From: a virus
Virus record (IMG/VR): IMGVR_UViG_3300042691_043155
Location: 2,644 to 66,643 of that record
Direction: 5' to 3' (one strand)
DNA: 64,000 nucleotides
Shown here: piece after piece, positions 25,679 through 35,357 of the stretch
How the letters are laid out: the number at the start of each line of letters is the position of its first letter
How positions within the stretch are numbered: position 1 is the first letter of the stretch
Made by a program: the position numbers and the translations under genes
The notes under the pieces: generated by a model
Database searches by the model: none
What the model was told of the DNA's origin: nothing
The model's input: the letters and a program-made list of their open reading frames with translations, nothing else

Positions 25679-25813
25679 ATGAGAAAATGTAAATGGTGTG
25701 AAAAAGAATTGATCGATAAGAGATCCGATGCTCTTTTTTGTAGAAGAGCTTGTAAAAATATGTATAGAAGAAGTATTAAAAATAAACTAAATAAAGATGG
25801 GAAAGTTTTGTAA
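25679..25813 (+). CDS. 44-aa Cys-rich zinc-finger peptide (not in ORF track)
   Basis: MRKCKWCEKELIDKRSDALFCRRACKNMYRR...; TTAATATATA 4 nt upstream. Confidence 0.65.
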   Translation: MRKCKWCEKELIDKRSDALFCRRACKNMYRRSIKNKLNKDGKVL

Positions 25814-26534
25814 GGAATGTGAAAATGAAAAGGATATATCAGATTTCTATCTTAAAAAGGATGGTAAACCAAAAACTTCTTATTGTAAGTCTTGTTATAG
25901 TAAAATCTATAAAAAAGAATATAATAAAGAATACTACGAAAATAATAAAGATAAATTTAAAGAGAATTACAAAAAGTGGATTGTGGAAAATGATAGAACA
26001 GAATATCGAAAAAAATATTGGGAAGAAAATAAAGAAATTATAAAAGAAAAGAAAAAAGAATATAGAAAAAATAATAAAGAATTAGTTTCTCAACAAAAGA
26101 GAGAATATTATAAAAATCTATCACCAGAGAAAAAAGAGGAATTAAAAATCAGAAAAAGAGAATTATATCATAAAAATAATTATAAAGAGAAAAAAAGTGA
26201 ATATGTTAAAGATAAATTAGATGTAGATCCATTTTTTAAAATGAAATTCAATATAAGATCATTGATCAGAAATGCGTTCAAAAGAGGGTTTACATCTAAA
26301 TCAAAAAAAACCGTGGAGATATTAGGATGTTCGTTTGAAGATTTCAAATTACATCTTGAATCAAAATTCGATGAAAACATGAATTGGGAAAACCATGGAA
26401 CATACTGGGAATTAGATCATATAATACCAATTTCATCTGCTAAAACAGAAGAGGAAGTTTATAAATTAAATCATTATACAAACTTCCAACCTCTTTACTG
26501 GTTAGATAATATTAGAAAAAGTAATAAACTATAA
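25797..26534 (+). CDS. HNH-type homing endonuclease
   Basis: ILGCSFEDFKLHLESKF..MNWENHG..WELDHIIPIS..LNHYTNFQPL. Confidence 0.88.
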   Translation: MGKFCKECENEKDISDFYLKKDGKPKTSYCKSCYSKIYKKEYNKEYYENNKDKFKENYKKWIVENDRTEYRKKYWEENKEIIKEKKKEYRKNNKELVSQQKREYYKNLSPEKKEELKIRKRELYHKNNYKEKKSEYVKDKLDVDPFFKMKFNIRSLIRNAFKRGFTSKSKKTVEILGCSFEDFKLHLESKFDENMNWENHGTYWELDHIIPISSAKTEEEVYKLNHYTNFQPLYWLDNIRKSNKL

Positions 26535-26732
26535 AACAAATTCTATCCAAAGTTTTCCATACTTATTGCTCATCAGTCTATTAACGTTTTCGAGAAAAAG
26601 TTCTATTGAACCTGGACTTTCTTTTTCGAGTTCCTTTACTTTGTTTTTAATTTGAGTGTGTACTTTGTAAACATCTTCAATACTATATTCTTCTTTCTTT
26701 TTATTCGAGAATAGATACCAAGGAAATGCCAT
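26529..26732 (-). CDS. Hypothetical protein
   Basis: Tightly packed minus-strand operon. Confidence 0.65.
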   Translation of the reverse strand: MAFPWYLFSNKKKEEYSIEDVYKVHTQIKNKVKELEKESPGSIELFLENVNRLMSNKYGKLWIEFVL

Positions 26733-26989
26733 TATTTAAAGTAATATTCGTTATTTTTTATTTGGTTCAATATCTTTATTAGATTTTGACCATTGATTAA
26801 GTCCCAACTAATTGATATTTCATTTGGCATAAAAACGTGACCAAAGTCATTAACTCCGATCACATGAAATCTATACCCAGCAGAAACCTTTTCCTTAAAG
26901 AATAGTCTTTTCTCATTATTATTATCTAAAATATCAAGTACTCTTTTATTTATTTGATCTATAATCGATTTGTGTATAAATGATCTCAT
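26732..26989 (-). CDS. Hypothetical protein
   Basis: TAATG junction. Confidence 0.7.
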   Translation of the reverse strand: MRSFIHKSIIDQINKRVLDILDNNNEKRLFFKEKVSAGYRFHVIGVNDFGHVFMPNEISISWDLINGQNLIKILNQIKNNEYYFK

Positions 26990-27441
26990 AATACTCCCCC
27001 TTCTTTATTTGGTTTTTCTTTGGTTGTTGTTTCTGATACCGAAGGATTCGTTATTGGCTTTGCCACAGTTTTATTTCCAGACCAATTCTTTCCTTTCCAG
27101 GTGGTAGTCGGTTTCTTTGGTGTTGTATCAACAACAGTAATTCTTTCAAATGGTTTAACTCTAACAACTTTATACTCACCTCTGATTAGTTGTTGGTATA
27201 TCTTTGCTAACTCACCTCCTTTTAAAGTATTGAAGTCTGTTGTCATACCATGTTTGAATCTAAAAAAACCTTTATCACAAATCATATTAAGATCGTCTGC
27301 TTGTTTTTTGTAAATAGACTTCTCTGGATTATCAGAGAATGGTTTTTCTAACCTAACATATGACTTATCTGGCATACCATCAAGTAAGATTTTACAAATC
27401 TTTGTTATTTCAAATCTACAATATTTATTTAAAAAACTCAT
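26986..27441 (-). CDS. Hypothetical protein
   Basis: 151-aa ORF. Confidence 0.7.
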   Translation of the reverse strand: MSFLNKYCRFEITKICKILLDGMPDKSYVRLEKPFSDNPEKSIYKKQADDLNMICDKGFFRFKHGMTTDFNTLKGGELAKIYQQLIRGEYKVVRVKPFERITVVDTTPKKPTTTWKGKNWSGNKTVAKPITNPSVSETTTKEKPNKEGGVL

Positions 27442-27445
27442 TTTA

Positions 27446-27706
27446 TTATTTTGTAAAGTTATTATTTTTTAATTTAAAATAGATTTTAATTAAGTCTATT
27501 GATTTTATCAAAATTGGATCAACACCACCAATACCATCTTTAGTAAATTTTGTTTTCACTATTGGATGAAAATCTATTTTTCTCATACCGATTATATCGA
27601 AATTACCACTTTTTATTGTTTCATCAAAAAAGATATAATTTGTTTTAACTTTCAATCCAGAGATTGATTCAATATTTTTCAGTATATGTTTTCTAATAAA
27701 ATCCAT
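27446..27706 (-). CDS. Hypothetical protein
   Basis: 86-aa ORF; MxFIRKHI / LIKIY pattern similar to neighbours 26732 and 28064. Confidence 0.7.
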   Translation of the reverse strand: MDFIRKHILKNIESISGLKVKTNYIFFDETIKSGNFDIIGMRKIDFHPIVKTKFTKDGIGGVDPILIKSIDLIKIYFKLKNNNFTK

Positions 27707-27710
27707 AGTA

Positions 27711-28064
27711 TTACCATTTACCTTCTTTTAATAATTGTTCTCTTGGTTCCAATTCAATTCCATTTTCAACCCAATAGTTCCAATTTATCATCAATTTATT
27801 TGAGTTATAATTCAATGCTGAACCATCATTTCTCTTTATATGAGACATAATAGATTCTGTCCAAATTGAGAAGTGATCGTATTCATTTTTACCACAACCA
27901 CATGCTGTGGCTCTGCCGTTGTCAAACTCCCAAACAAGTGGTCTTAATCCACAATTTGGACAAGGTGACCAACTCTCTGGGTTTTTTGGTATTTCATAAG
28001 CAGATATACATTTATATTTACCTTGTAGTATATCTAATTTTATATCTCTTACAACTTGAATCAT
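27711..28064 (-). CDS. Zn-ribbon protein (CPNCG...CGC, Lar-like)
   Basis: WSPCPNCGLRP..FDNGRATACGC. Confidence 0.7.
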   Translation of the reverse strand: MIQVVRDIKLDILQGKYKCISAYEIPKNPESWSPCPNCGLRPLVWEFDNGRATACGCGKNEYDHFSIWTESIMSHIKRNDGSALNYNSNKLMINWNYWVENGIELEPREQLLKEGKW

Positions 28065-28354
28065 TATATAAAACTATCTGTTAGGTGACACTTACCTTCT
28101 TTTAATTTTCGAAATATTTGTAATACTTCTGTATCTGTAAATGAATACCAACCAATATGTGTCTTTTGTTTTGTTATTGGAGCACCATTTTGTTTCAAAC
28201 CATAAATCTTAAACTTTGGTTGACGACTTAACTCAATATACTCGTCAAATCCGATAACAATAGCAAGTCTATGGTCTTTTGTCATTTTACATGACATTTG
28301 GATTATTTTGTTTATAAGATGTATTCTTATAAAGTTTTTGTTATCTGTAGCCAT
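28064..28354 (-). CDS. Hypothetical protein
   Basis: 96-aa ORF. Confidence 0.7.
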   Translation of the reverse strand: MATDNKNFIRIHLINKIIQMSCKMTKDHRLAIVIGFDEYIELSRQPKFKIYGLKQNGAPITKQKTHIGWYSFTDTEVLQIFRKLKEGKCHLTDSFI

Positions 28355-28959
28355 TGTGTAAAAGTTCTTTTAGTATTTTTTCTTCTTTCCTCTTCTTCTT
28401 TAGTTTTGATATACTTTCTCCACTCAGTATTAGATAAGTAGGTTTGATAGTCTAACAAAATCTGTACTAATTGGTGTTCTGGTATATCAATACCTTTTAA
28501 TATCTTATCAGTGTATTTGCTTCTTGTAAAATATGTTTTTGTACCAATTTCTTGAATTTTATTCTCTTGTAAGAATTGATATGCTATGTTTTTACGTCTT
28601 TTTATTTCTTTACCCTCTGGACAAAAATCAACTACACTTGAAAATAACTCTTCTAAGTTTTCCTCACCACTCTTAACTAATTCAATAAAGTTGAAAAGAT
28701 TTGAGTGTCTTATTTTAAGTTCGTCAAACTTAACTGTTTCTTCTTCTGAAAATTTAGAAGAATTCATATCCATCTTTAAACCGGTTGTTATATATGTTTT
28801 TACTGAACCAGGTTTGTTTAAGACTAATCTTTTACTTCTAAAGTAGGTTTGTTTACCAATACTAGTTCTTATATCTCTTTTCTCAAAATCTTTAAGAGAT
28901 TTTTCAGCATCTTCTTTACTAAAGTTAGTAATTAGTTCAATAGCCTTTTCCAGTTTCAT
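28327..28959 (-). CDS. Hypothetical protein
   Basis: 210-aa ORF after TATATTTG promoter (~28978-28985). Confidence 0.75.
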   Translation of the reverse strand: MKLEKAIELITNFSKEDAEKSLKDFEKRDIRTSIGKQTYFRSKRLVLNKPGSVKTYITTGLKMDMNSSKFSEEETVKFDELKIRHSNLFNFIELVKSGEENLEELFSSVVDFCPEGKEIKRRKNIAYQFLQENKIQEIGTKTYFTRSKYTDKILKGIDIPEHQLVQILLDYQTYLSNTEWRKYIKTKEEEERRKNTKRTFTQWLQITKTL

Positions 28960-28991
28960 ATACTTAATTTTATTTTACAAATATAATGATT

Positions 28992-29447
28992 TTAAGCCAA
29001 AATTCCAATAACTCTATCAAAAACTTCATCATTGAGACCTTTTAAAGGATCACATTTAATTACTTTTACAAAAGGTATTCTATTTACTATATCTTTTATA
29101 TTATCATCAATTACAACAAAGTTATCAATTCGATGTTCGTTTAACCACTCTACGATTTCTTCTCCTCTTGTATCACAAGCTCCAGTTATACCAATAATAT
29201 CACCTCTAAATCCTCTCGATCTAAATAAAGATTTTAATTCAGTTAGTGTGTAGAATAGTCTCCAGGTTGATGTAATCACTATTTTCGCACCTGTTAAGAG
29301 TGTAATATAGTTTAGATTTTCCAGAGCGTCTGGTGAGAAATGTCTTTTATGTAATTCCGGTATTGGTTCTCCTAGTTTTTGAGACCAAAAGCAATCACTT
29401 TCATGAGTTCTTAATACACCATCTATGTCTAGAAATACTATATTCAT
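28992..29447 (-). CDS. HAD phosphatase of the 'Swiss Army Knife' RNA-repair type
   Basis: IVFLDIDGVL, KIVITSTWR, RGEEIVEWL, FVVIDD. Confidence 0.85.
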   Translation of the reverse strand: MNIVFLDIDGVLRTHESDCFWSQKLGEPIPELHKRHFSPDALENLNYITLLTGAKIVITSTWRLFYTLTELKSLFRSRGFRGDIIGITGACDTRGEEIVEWLNEHRIDNFVVIDDNIKDIVNRIPFVKVIKCDPLKGLNDEVFDRVIGILA

Positions 29448-29483
29448 TTTACAAATATAAAAAAATAATTTAATATATAGAAT

Positions 29484-30203
29484 ATGAAATACATTAAATT
29501 ATTTGAGGACTTCCAGGACAATCTAGAAGATATAAAGTGGGCTTTAATATCAGCTTTTGATACATCTGATTTTGAAATAATGACAAGAACTCCATTAAAA
29601 GATGAGTTTGTTGTTGTGAAAATACAATTAGATGAAGATCAAAAGAATGATACTACAAAAGAAAGATTTATATCTTTGGTAAAAGGTATAGATGAAGATT
29701 ATAATTGTTTTTGGACCGAAGTGGTTTACTTTCCAAAAAATGTAGCTGATACTGTTATCGTAATAGTTAAGGGTAAAGCTTCTGATGTTTTATATAGAAA
29801 CTTTGGTTTTAGAGATATGAATGGTTATTTAAACTATATAAAAGAGAGAGTTAAGAAAATTGAAAATAAATGGGTAAATATTAAAGACCTTGTTGAATCA
29901 TCTGGATTATATGACTTTAATCTTAAAATGTGTTTAGATGATGGTGTAATAGATGTTGAATTAGAAGAAGGAAGTGAATTACAAAGTATTCATGATGAGC
30001 TTTTTGATATAAAAGATTGTTTCTCAGGAAATAGTGATAAAAATGGTGCAGGTGAAGTTGCTGAAGAAGTTACTGAACTATTATTCCAATACTTAATAAA
30101 TAATAAAGATTTAAATCTAATCAGAATGTATGGTAAGCATACTGGAGAAGATTTGGATTTTTTAAATGATATTACTGACGAAATAGAATATGAAATAACA
30201 TAA
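29484..30203 (+). CDS. Hypothetical protein with MKYIKLFEDF tag
   Basis: TTAATATATA-gaat-ATG. Confidence 0.78.
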   Translation: MKYIKLFEDFQDNLEDIKWALISAFDTSDFEIMTRTPLKDEFVVVKIQLDEDQKNDTTKERFISLVKGIDEDYNCFWTEVVYFPKNVADTVIVIVKGKASDVLYRNFGFRDMNGYLNYIKERVKKIENKWVNIKDLVESSGLYDFNLKMCLDDGVIDVELEEGSELQSIHDELFDIKDCFSGNSDKNGAGEVAEEVTELLFQYLINNKDLNLIRMYGKHTGEDLDFLNDITDEIEYEIT

Positions 30204-30323
30204 AGTTCTTAAATCTATTAAAAAAAGATTAGATGAAATAGGCTATTAATAAAAACCACTCAATTTGAGTAGCTTGAGTTGATACAATTAGAATTATAAC
30301 ATAAAAAATTTAATATATAGAAT

Positions 30324-30722
30324 ATGAAATATCTAAAAAAATTCAATGAAGAATTAAATCCAAGTACATATAGAAGTGCTGCTGATAAAAGAGAAAAACA
30401 AGGAGATCCAAATGGAACCGTTTCTGATTTGAGAAATCATGCTGATAAAATTGAAGATGAATCTGCTAAAAAAATATTAAATGATTTAAAAGCGGGAACA
30501 AGAAGTTCAATTCTTTCTAAAGAAGAAAGAGATTTATTAATTGATTATGGTATTTGGTGGTTAAAATATGGTTATACAAACATAAGATATAGTGATCATG
30601 GTCATATTCAGGCAATGGGTTATTGCCCAGGTTGTAAAAAATATACCTATTTATCAACTCAAGAAGGTAATGTTAAACTTGTTCCAAAATGTTTTCATTG
30701 TGTCGTAAAAAATAGAAGTTAA
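30324..30722 (+). CDS. Hypothetical protein with MKYLKKFNEELNP tag
   Basis: TTAATATATA-gaat-ATG; two C-terminal CxxC. Confidence 0.78.
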   Translation: MKYLKKFNEELNPSTYRSAADKREKQGDPNGTVSDLRNHADKIEDESAKKILNDLKAGTRSSILSKEERDLLIDYGIWWLKYGYTNIRYSDHGHIQAMGYCPGCKKYTYLSTQEGNVKLVPKCFHCVVKNRS

Positions 30723-30754
30723 AATGTATATAGATATTTAACAATCCAATAATA

Positions 30755-30779
30755 AAAAACCACTCAATTTGAGTGGTTT
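30755..30779. terminator. Bidirectional terminator
   Basis: aaaccactc-aattt-gagtggttt between convergent genes. Confidence 0.75.
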
Positions 30780-30785
30780 AATTTT

Positions 30786-30977
30786 TTATAAAATTGAATA
30801 AAACCAATCTGGTAGACTCGGATAGTCTGACCTATCATTAGGATCATATTTGAATCCTCTTTTATTCTTTTCATCAAATAACTTATTTGATTCGATAAGT
30901 TTAGTCATTGATCTTTCTGGTTTTATAGATTTCATTTCTCTATGCCAGAAGTCATATCTTTCGTAATCGTTATTCAT
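30786..30977 (-). CDS. Small hypothetical protein
   Basis: 63-aa ORF. Confidence 0.6.
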   Translation of the reverse strand: MNNDYERYDFWHREMKSIKPERSMTKLIESNKLFDEKNKRGFKYDPNDRSDYPSLPDWFYSIL

Positions 30978-30991
30978 ATTAAAATTTATTT

Positions 30992-31273
30992 TTAGTATTC
31001 TTCTTCATCATCATAATAACCATAGTCCTCGTCGTCTTCATCCTCTTCATCTTTGTCTAAATAAGGGAAAACATCATGTTCATCAAACATTTCTAATAGT
31101 TCTTCAATATCAGAATCTTCTAGATCTAAATCTTCAATCTCAAATACATCAGTTGACTTATCCAAATCAAAATCAATTTTTCCTTCTTTCTGAAGGTCTT
31201 TTAATTGTTTTAAAACTAATTTTCTATTAGTACATTCATCAAGACTGTAATAATTATGTAAGTTCATTTCCAT
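30992..31273 (-). CDS. Highly acidic small protein
   Basis: 93-aa D/E-rich ORF. Confidence 0.75.
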   Translation of the reverse strand: MEMNLHNYYSLDECTNRKLVLKQLKDLQKEGKIDFDLDKSTDVFEIEDLDLEDSDIEELLEMFDEHDVFPYLDKDEEDEDDEDYGYYDDEEEY

Positions 31274-31277
31274 ATAT

Positions 31278-32021
31278 TTATTTTTTATTTAAAATTTTTG
31301 CTATCTCTGTCTCAGGAAGTCTTGGTAAATCTTCATCTACTGGGTATTTGGTGTAAATACGTAAATTATCACCTTCTTCCTGATATCCAATATCTAAGTA
31401 ATAACCATCACACTTAAACTTAATTGTAGTATCATTAAGTTTTACTGGTATAACTTCCGTTCTTGGATCTAAATCAAAATTTTTTATCTTTTTAACAAAA
31501 TCCCAATTTTCATTTTTATAGAACTCTTGTCTCAAAAGTTGTATAAATTTCCCCTCTTTTTTAAATAATTCGTTTTTTCTAACTCCGAATACGTCGCGCC
31601 ACTTAAAGCCTAAAGTTATGTGAAAGTCTTGTTTAGGTAAGTTAAATCTTTCTCTAACAGCATCTAATTTATCTGATTGACAAACAATAAAGAAAGATGT
31701 GTTCTCATTCTTCTGAGCTCTACCAACACCTAATAATTTCAAATCGTCAATTGTGTACTTGAAGATTGGATCTAATGAATTAACAAACTTATCTATACCC
31801 ATTTGTTTGGACAAACGGTTATAATCCACAACATTGACAACTGTTATATGATAATGACCACCATCACGTTTGATTTGATTCTCAGTGAATGTTTCGTAAT
31901 CATTATCACCTAAAATCTCTCTCAACTCATTTAAGTATGGTTGTACAATTGTAGTTGGTAAATCTATACCCAAATAATTATTTCCAATAACATCACGAAG
32001 ATGTGTTATATAACATATCAT
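31278..32021 (-). CDS. 2H phosphoesterase (RNA-repair type)
   Basis: Two HxT motifs: YHITVV and FHITLGF. Confidence 0.82.
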   Translation of the reverse strand: MICYITHLRDVIGNNYLGIDLPTTIVQPYLNELREILGDNDYETFTENQIKRDGGHYHITVVNVVDYNRLSKQMGIDKFVNSLDPIFKYTIDDLKLLGVGRAQKNENTSFFIVCQSDKLDAVRERFNLPKQDFHITLGFKWRDVFGVRKNELFKKEGKFIQLLRQEFYKNENWDFVKKIKNFDLDPRTEVIPVKLNDTTIKFKCDGYYLDIGYQEEGDNLRIYTKYPVDEDLPRLPETEIAKILNKK

Positions 32022-32033
32022 AATTTTATTTAC

Positions 32034-32318
32034 TTATTTAATATTTTCTACTGGGTAAGCATTTAAGATTGTGTCTTTATCAATAGCATCATAAGCTCCT
32101 TCTTGAAGAAACTCATAAGCAAAATCTGTTAAAGATGCTTTATCACTAGCAGCTTTCAAAGCAGCTTCTACGTGAAGTTTAGCAAACTCAACCATTAAAC
32201 TTATAATATCACGACTACTACTATCAGCCTCAAATCCATGATATTGTTCAAATAGTTCATTCGCAGTTGGTATCTTACCCTCAACTGACTCATTTATTTT
32301 ATCTGTAAATTTTTTCAT
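32034..32318 (-). CDS. Hypothetical protein with MKKFTDKINES tag
   Basis: FAKLHVEAALKAAS..ILNAYP motif. Confidence 0.75.
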   Translation of the reverse strand: MKKFTDKINESVEGKIPTANELFEQYHGFEADSSSRDIISLMVEFAKLHVEAALKAASDKASLTDFAYEFLQEGAYDAIDKDTILNAYPVENIK

Positions 32319-32896
32319 AACATTTCTTTAAATTTTTCTACTTCTAATCTCTTTATTTCGAGACCAAGTTCTTTTCCTTTTATACCTCTATCCATCAACT
32401 CTTGAGCTGATACAGTTGGTTTGTAATCAATAAACTTAATTAGAGTATTACTTTCATTTCCAGTAACTTTTAACCACTCTAATATTGTACTATCACTAAT
32501 ACCAGATGCTACTTTCTTTTTATAAAGATCAAAAACATCTTCTACTTTCATTTTACTAAACTCAAGTAAGAAAATAATTTTCTTAGCAACCTCAGTTTCT
32601 ATTTTGAACTCTTGTACTAATTTACTTTCTAATACTTTAGTATCTTCTAACTTAAATAGGTTAGTGAAGATAACAACAAAGTCTTTACTATCAACTAAAT
32701 CTGTGTTTATTTTAACACCTGGGAATATATATTGTGATAACTTAAAATCTAAAATATATTTTAGATATTCATTAAAGTCTTTTGATTGACTAAATGATTT
32801 TTTTATTTCATCCCATATTCTTTCTCTGGATAAAGTTTCTAATAAATATCCATTTTTAATTATAGATTCCTTCGTCTTGGTTTCAATTATAGCCAT
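32315..32896 (-). CDS. cca: CCA-adding enzyme, C-terminal part (split gene)
   Basis: LSRERIWDEIKK body motif; VSAQELMDRGIKGKELG tail motif. Confidence 0.8.
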   Translation of the reverse strand: MAIIETKTKESIIKNGYLLETLSRERIWDEIKKSFSQSKDFNEYLKYILDFKLSQYIFPGVKINTDLVDSKDFVVIFTNLFKLEDTKVLESKLVQEFKIETEVAKKIIFLLEFSKMKVEDVFDLYKKKVASGISDSTILEWLKVTGNESNTLIKFIDYKPTVSAQELMDRGIKGKELGLEIKRLEVEKFKEML

Positions 32897-33932
32897 TTCT
32901 TTTTAATTTTTCTATATCACTTACAATTTTTTTATATTCTATATCAATCTCATATGCTTTAATTATATATTCAATTTCTATATCAGAAACATGTTGCTTT
33001 CTTCTATTATATGAACTTTCTATAATTCTAAGATTTGAAATATGACCTATTATATATGCTGGTATTCCATTTTTAAATCCGTTAATTTTTGAGTATATAT
33101 GGTCTAAATCATATCCAAAATAATTTCCTCTTAATTCTATATTATCTATATTGTAATTATTAAGCGATAATCTAGTATATTTATTCACATCATAAATATA
33201 ATCAATAAATTTCTTTCTATCTTGTTTTTTTATCTTTGAATTAGATAGTGATATTTTATTATTTTTATCTAACCATTTTTCCAATCCAATTTCATTACCA
33301 AATTTATCAATATAATAAGATAAAAGATTTTTATTTTTTTGAACATCTCTCCACTTTTGATAAATTTTTTCACCCTCAATCACACCATGTTTATTTATAC
33401 AATTTTCTAAAGTAATTGCTTTTTTATTTTGAACTTCTCTAAAAATTTTAATACCCTCAATATCCCCATATCTATCAATATATGACTGTTTACCATTTTT
33501 ATATTTTTTATTTTCTTTCATTTTATTAAAAAGTAACAAACCATCAACCTCACCATACTTTTCTTTATACCCATCTAATGTATGTGATCTCGATAATTTA
33601 TCAGACATCTCTTTATTCATTAAATTAGAAAGTGTATCTTTTTTCTTTCTTGTATTTTCTGATGTTCTGCTAGATTTAAACATATTGTCATATTCATCAC
33701 AAGTTATATTATGTTGTTTTATGTGATCATTATTTATTTCTTTAAATTTAAGTCCACATATTTTACATATAACAAAGTCCAAACCCTCAACACCGGTTAT
33801 CTTATTTTGTGAGTAAGACAAAGATCTACAGCTCTGTGAGCAATATTTTGCGTTTTTTTGTCTAGAGTCGTATTCATATGATTTTCCACAAAGATTACAA
33901 TCTCTACTATTTAATATTATCCAATCTTTCAT
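32883..33932 (-). CDS. HNH-like homing endonuclease inserted in cca
   Basis: N-terminal Zn fingers, KYG..EG repeats, YDLDHIYSK..GHISNLRII..YNRRK. Confidence 0.75.
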   Translation of the reverse strand: MKDWIILNSRDCNLCGKSYEYDSRQKNAKYCSQSCRSLSYSQNKITGVEGLDFVICKICGLKFKEINNDHIKQHNITCDEYDNMFKSSRTSENTRKKKDTLSNLMNKEMSDKLSRSHTLDGYKEKYGEVDGLLLFNKMKENKKYKNGKQSYIDRYGDIEGIKIFREVQNKKAITLENCINKHGVIEGEKIYQKWRDVQKNKNLLSYYIDKFGNEIGLEKWLDKNNKISLSNSKIKKQDRKKFIDYIYDVNKYTRLSLNNYNIDNIELRGNYFGYDLDHIYSKINGFKNGIPAYIIGHISNLRIIESSYNRRKQHVSDIEIEYIIKAYEIDIEYKKIVSDIEKLKRNGYN

Positions 33933-33979
33933 TTAATATATATTAAATATAAAAGATGATATTTTTCGAAGAGATTTTA

Positions 33980-34558
33980 CTATAATCTACAAGCCATTCT
34001 AATAGCTCTTAAAATTCTTAAAGGATCCTCTTTTATTCTTAAATCAGGTTCTCCAATCATTGATATAACACCATTCTTTATATCATCAATTCCTCCAACC
34101 AAATCGACTATTTCATTCTTGTCTAAGTCATAAAAAAGTCCATTTATCCGCAAGTCTCTTCTAAGAACATCATTTTCAATTGTTGAGAATTTAACATCTG
34201 GATTTCTAGTTTTACCTAATTTTTCATCATAAACATCCTCTCTGAATGTTGCGATTTCCATTCCTTCTGGTTGATCTTTGGTAAATACCACGACAACTCC
34301 AAATGCTTTACCTTGTAAGTTAGTTCTGAATTTACCATCTAAAATACTTAAAACCTCATCTGGTAAGGCATCGGTTGCTAAGTCAAAGTCCTTTGGTTTA
34401 TCACCTGTAAGAAAATCTCTAACTGAACCACCAACCAAATAAAGTTTCTTACCATTCTTAGAGAATAGTTTATGTAAATCTTTAACTGACTGTGGAATAA
34501 TATCCAACATTGTTTTAGTTGATTCCAAGAATTTTTCGTATTTAGTTATTATTTTCAC
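33980..34558 (-). CDS. cca: CCA-adding enzyme, N-terminal catalytic part (split gene), with N-terminal tag
   Basis: YLVGGSVRD, DFDLATD, EIATFR, RRDLRINGLFYD, EDPLRILRAIR. Confidence 0.92.
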   Translation of the reverse strand: MKIITKYEKFLESTKTMLDIIPQSVKDLHKLFSKNGKKLYLVGGSVRDFLTGDKPKDFDLATDALPDEVLSILDGKFRTNLQGKAFGVVVVFTKDQPEGMEIATFREDVYDEKLGKTRNPDVKFSTIENDVLRRDLRINGLFYDLDKNEIVDLVGGIDDIKNGVISMIGEPDLRIKEDPLRILRAIRMACRL

Positions 34559-34574
34559 AAATATAGTAATTTTT

Positions 34575-35357
34575 TTAGAATTGTTCTGTTTTAAGAAAGT
34601 CTATATATCTTTCTTTCTTTTCATATGGGAACTCATGCCAACCTGAGCCACCTCTTCTCTGTAATATATAAGGAGAGTATGTTCTATTTGTGTTTATAAC
34701 AAAAATTGGATGCTCATTTGTTATAATTTTTTCAACATCACTACTTAATAAGAAGTTAAAACAAACAACTTGACTATAATTTTTATCTTCGAATTTTGGC
34801 ATTGAAAATATCAAATCCACATTATATAGTTCTTCTAAAGTATCATAAGCTAATTTAAACGCATCTAATTCGGTTTTGTAATAAAAACCATAGAAACTTT
34901 TTAACCATTCCAATATCTTAACAGCTGTTTCATAATCACAAAATCCACCAACTCCTTTACTAATTACATTATCAAAATCATAAGTTTCCTCTAAATTGAA
35001 ATGATTGATAGTTATTCTAGCATCAGGAACTTTCGATAATTTAACTTCGATGTTCCTTTTACTTGAATTTACATTATTTTTGGCTATGATAAAATGTTTT
35101 GTCATTGAGTATATTCTCTCATTCAAATCATAGATATCATCTATTATATAAGTTGACATTTCTAAGTTATTATAACTTATAAATAATTCTGGATCATTAG
35201 CAACATACTTTGATTCCGCGTTTTTATCTACAACATCATCAATTGATATATGATATTTATCTAGTATTTCAGATTGGATAATATCTTTAACATCTAACCA
35301 ATCATTTATATCTAAACTAGCGTATTCAAATAGTTTGTATTTTTTTAAATGTTTCAT
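34575..35357 (-). CDS. Hypothetical protein with MKHLKKYKLFE tag
   Basis: 260-aa ORF. Confidence 0.78.
   Translation of the reverse strand: MKHLKKYKLFEYASLDINDWLDVKDIIQSEILDKYHISIDDVVDKNAESKYVANDPELFISYNNLEMSTYIIDDIYDLNERIYSMTKHFIIAKNNVNSSKRNIEVKLSKVPDARITINHFNLEETYDFDNVISKGVGGFCDYETAVKILEWLKSFYGFYYKTELDAFKLAYDTLEELYNVDLIFSMPKFEDKNYSQVVCFNFLLSSDVEKIITNEHPIFVINTNRTYSPYILQRRGGSGWHEFPYEKKERYIDFLKTEQF

Noticed and set aside
30195-30249. +1-frame tail KVLKSIKKRLDEIGY after the 29484 ORF as a quadruplet-decoding target
   Set aside because: Shifting at the nearby GAA-A codons hits TAG/TAA immediately; more likely an old indel
32883-33979. Group I intron or intein in cca
   Set aside because: No room or GC-structured sequence for an intron core, tandem stops after the N-half, and no intein splice-junction residues in frame
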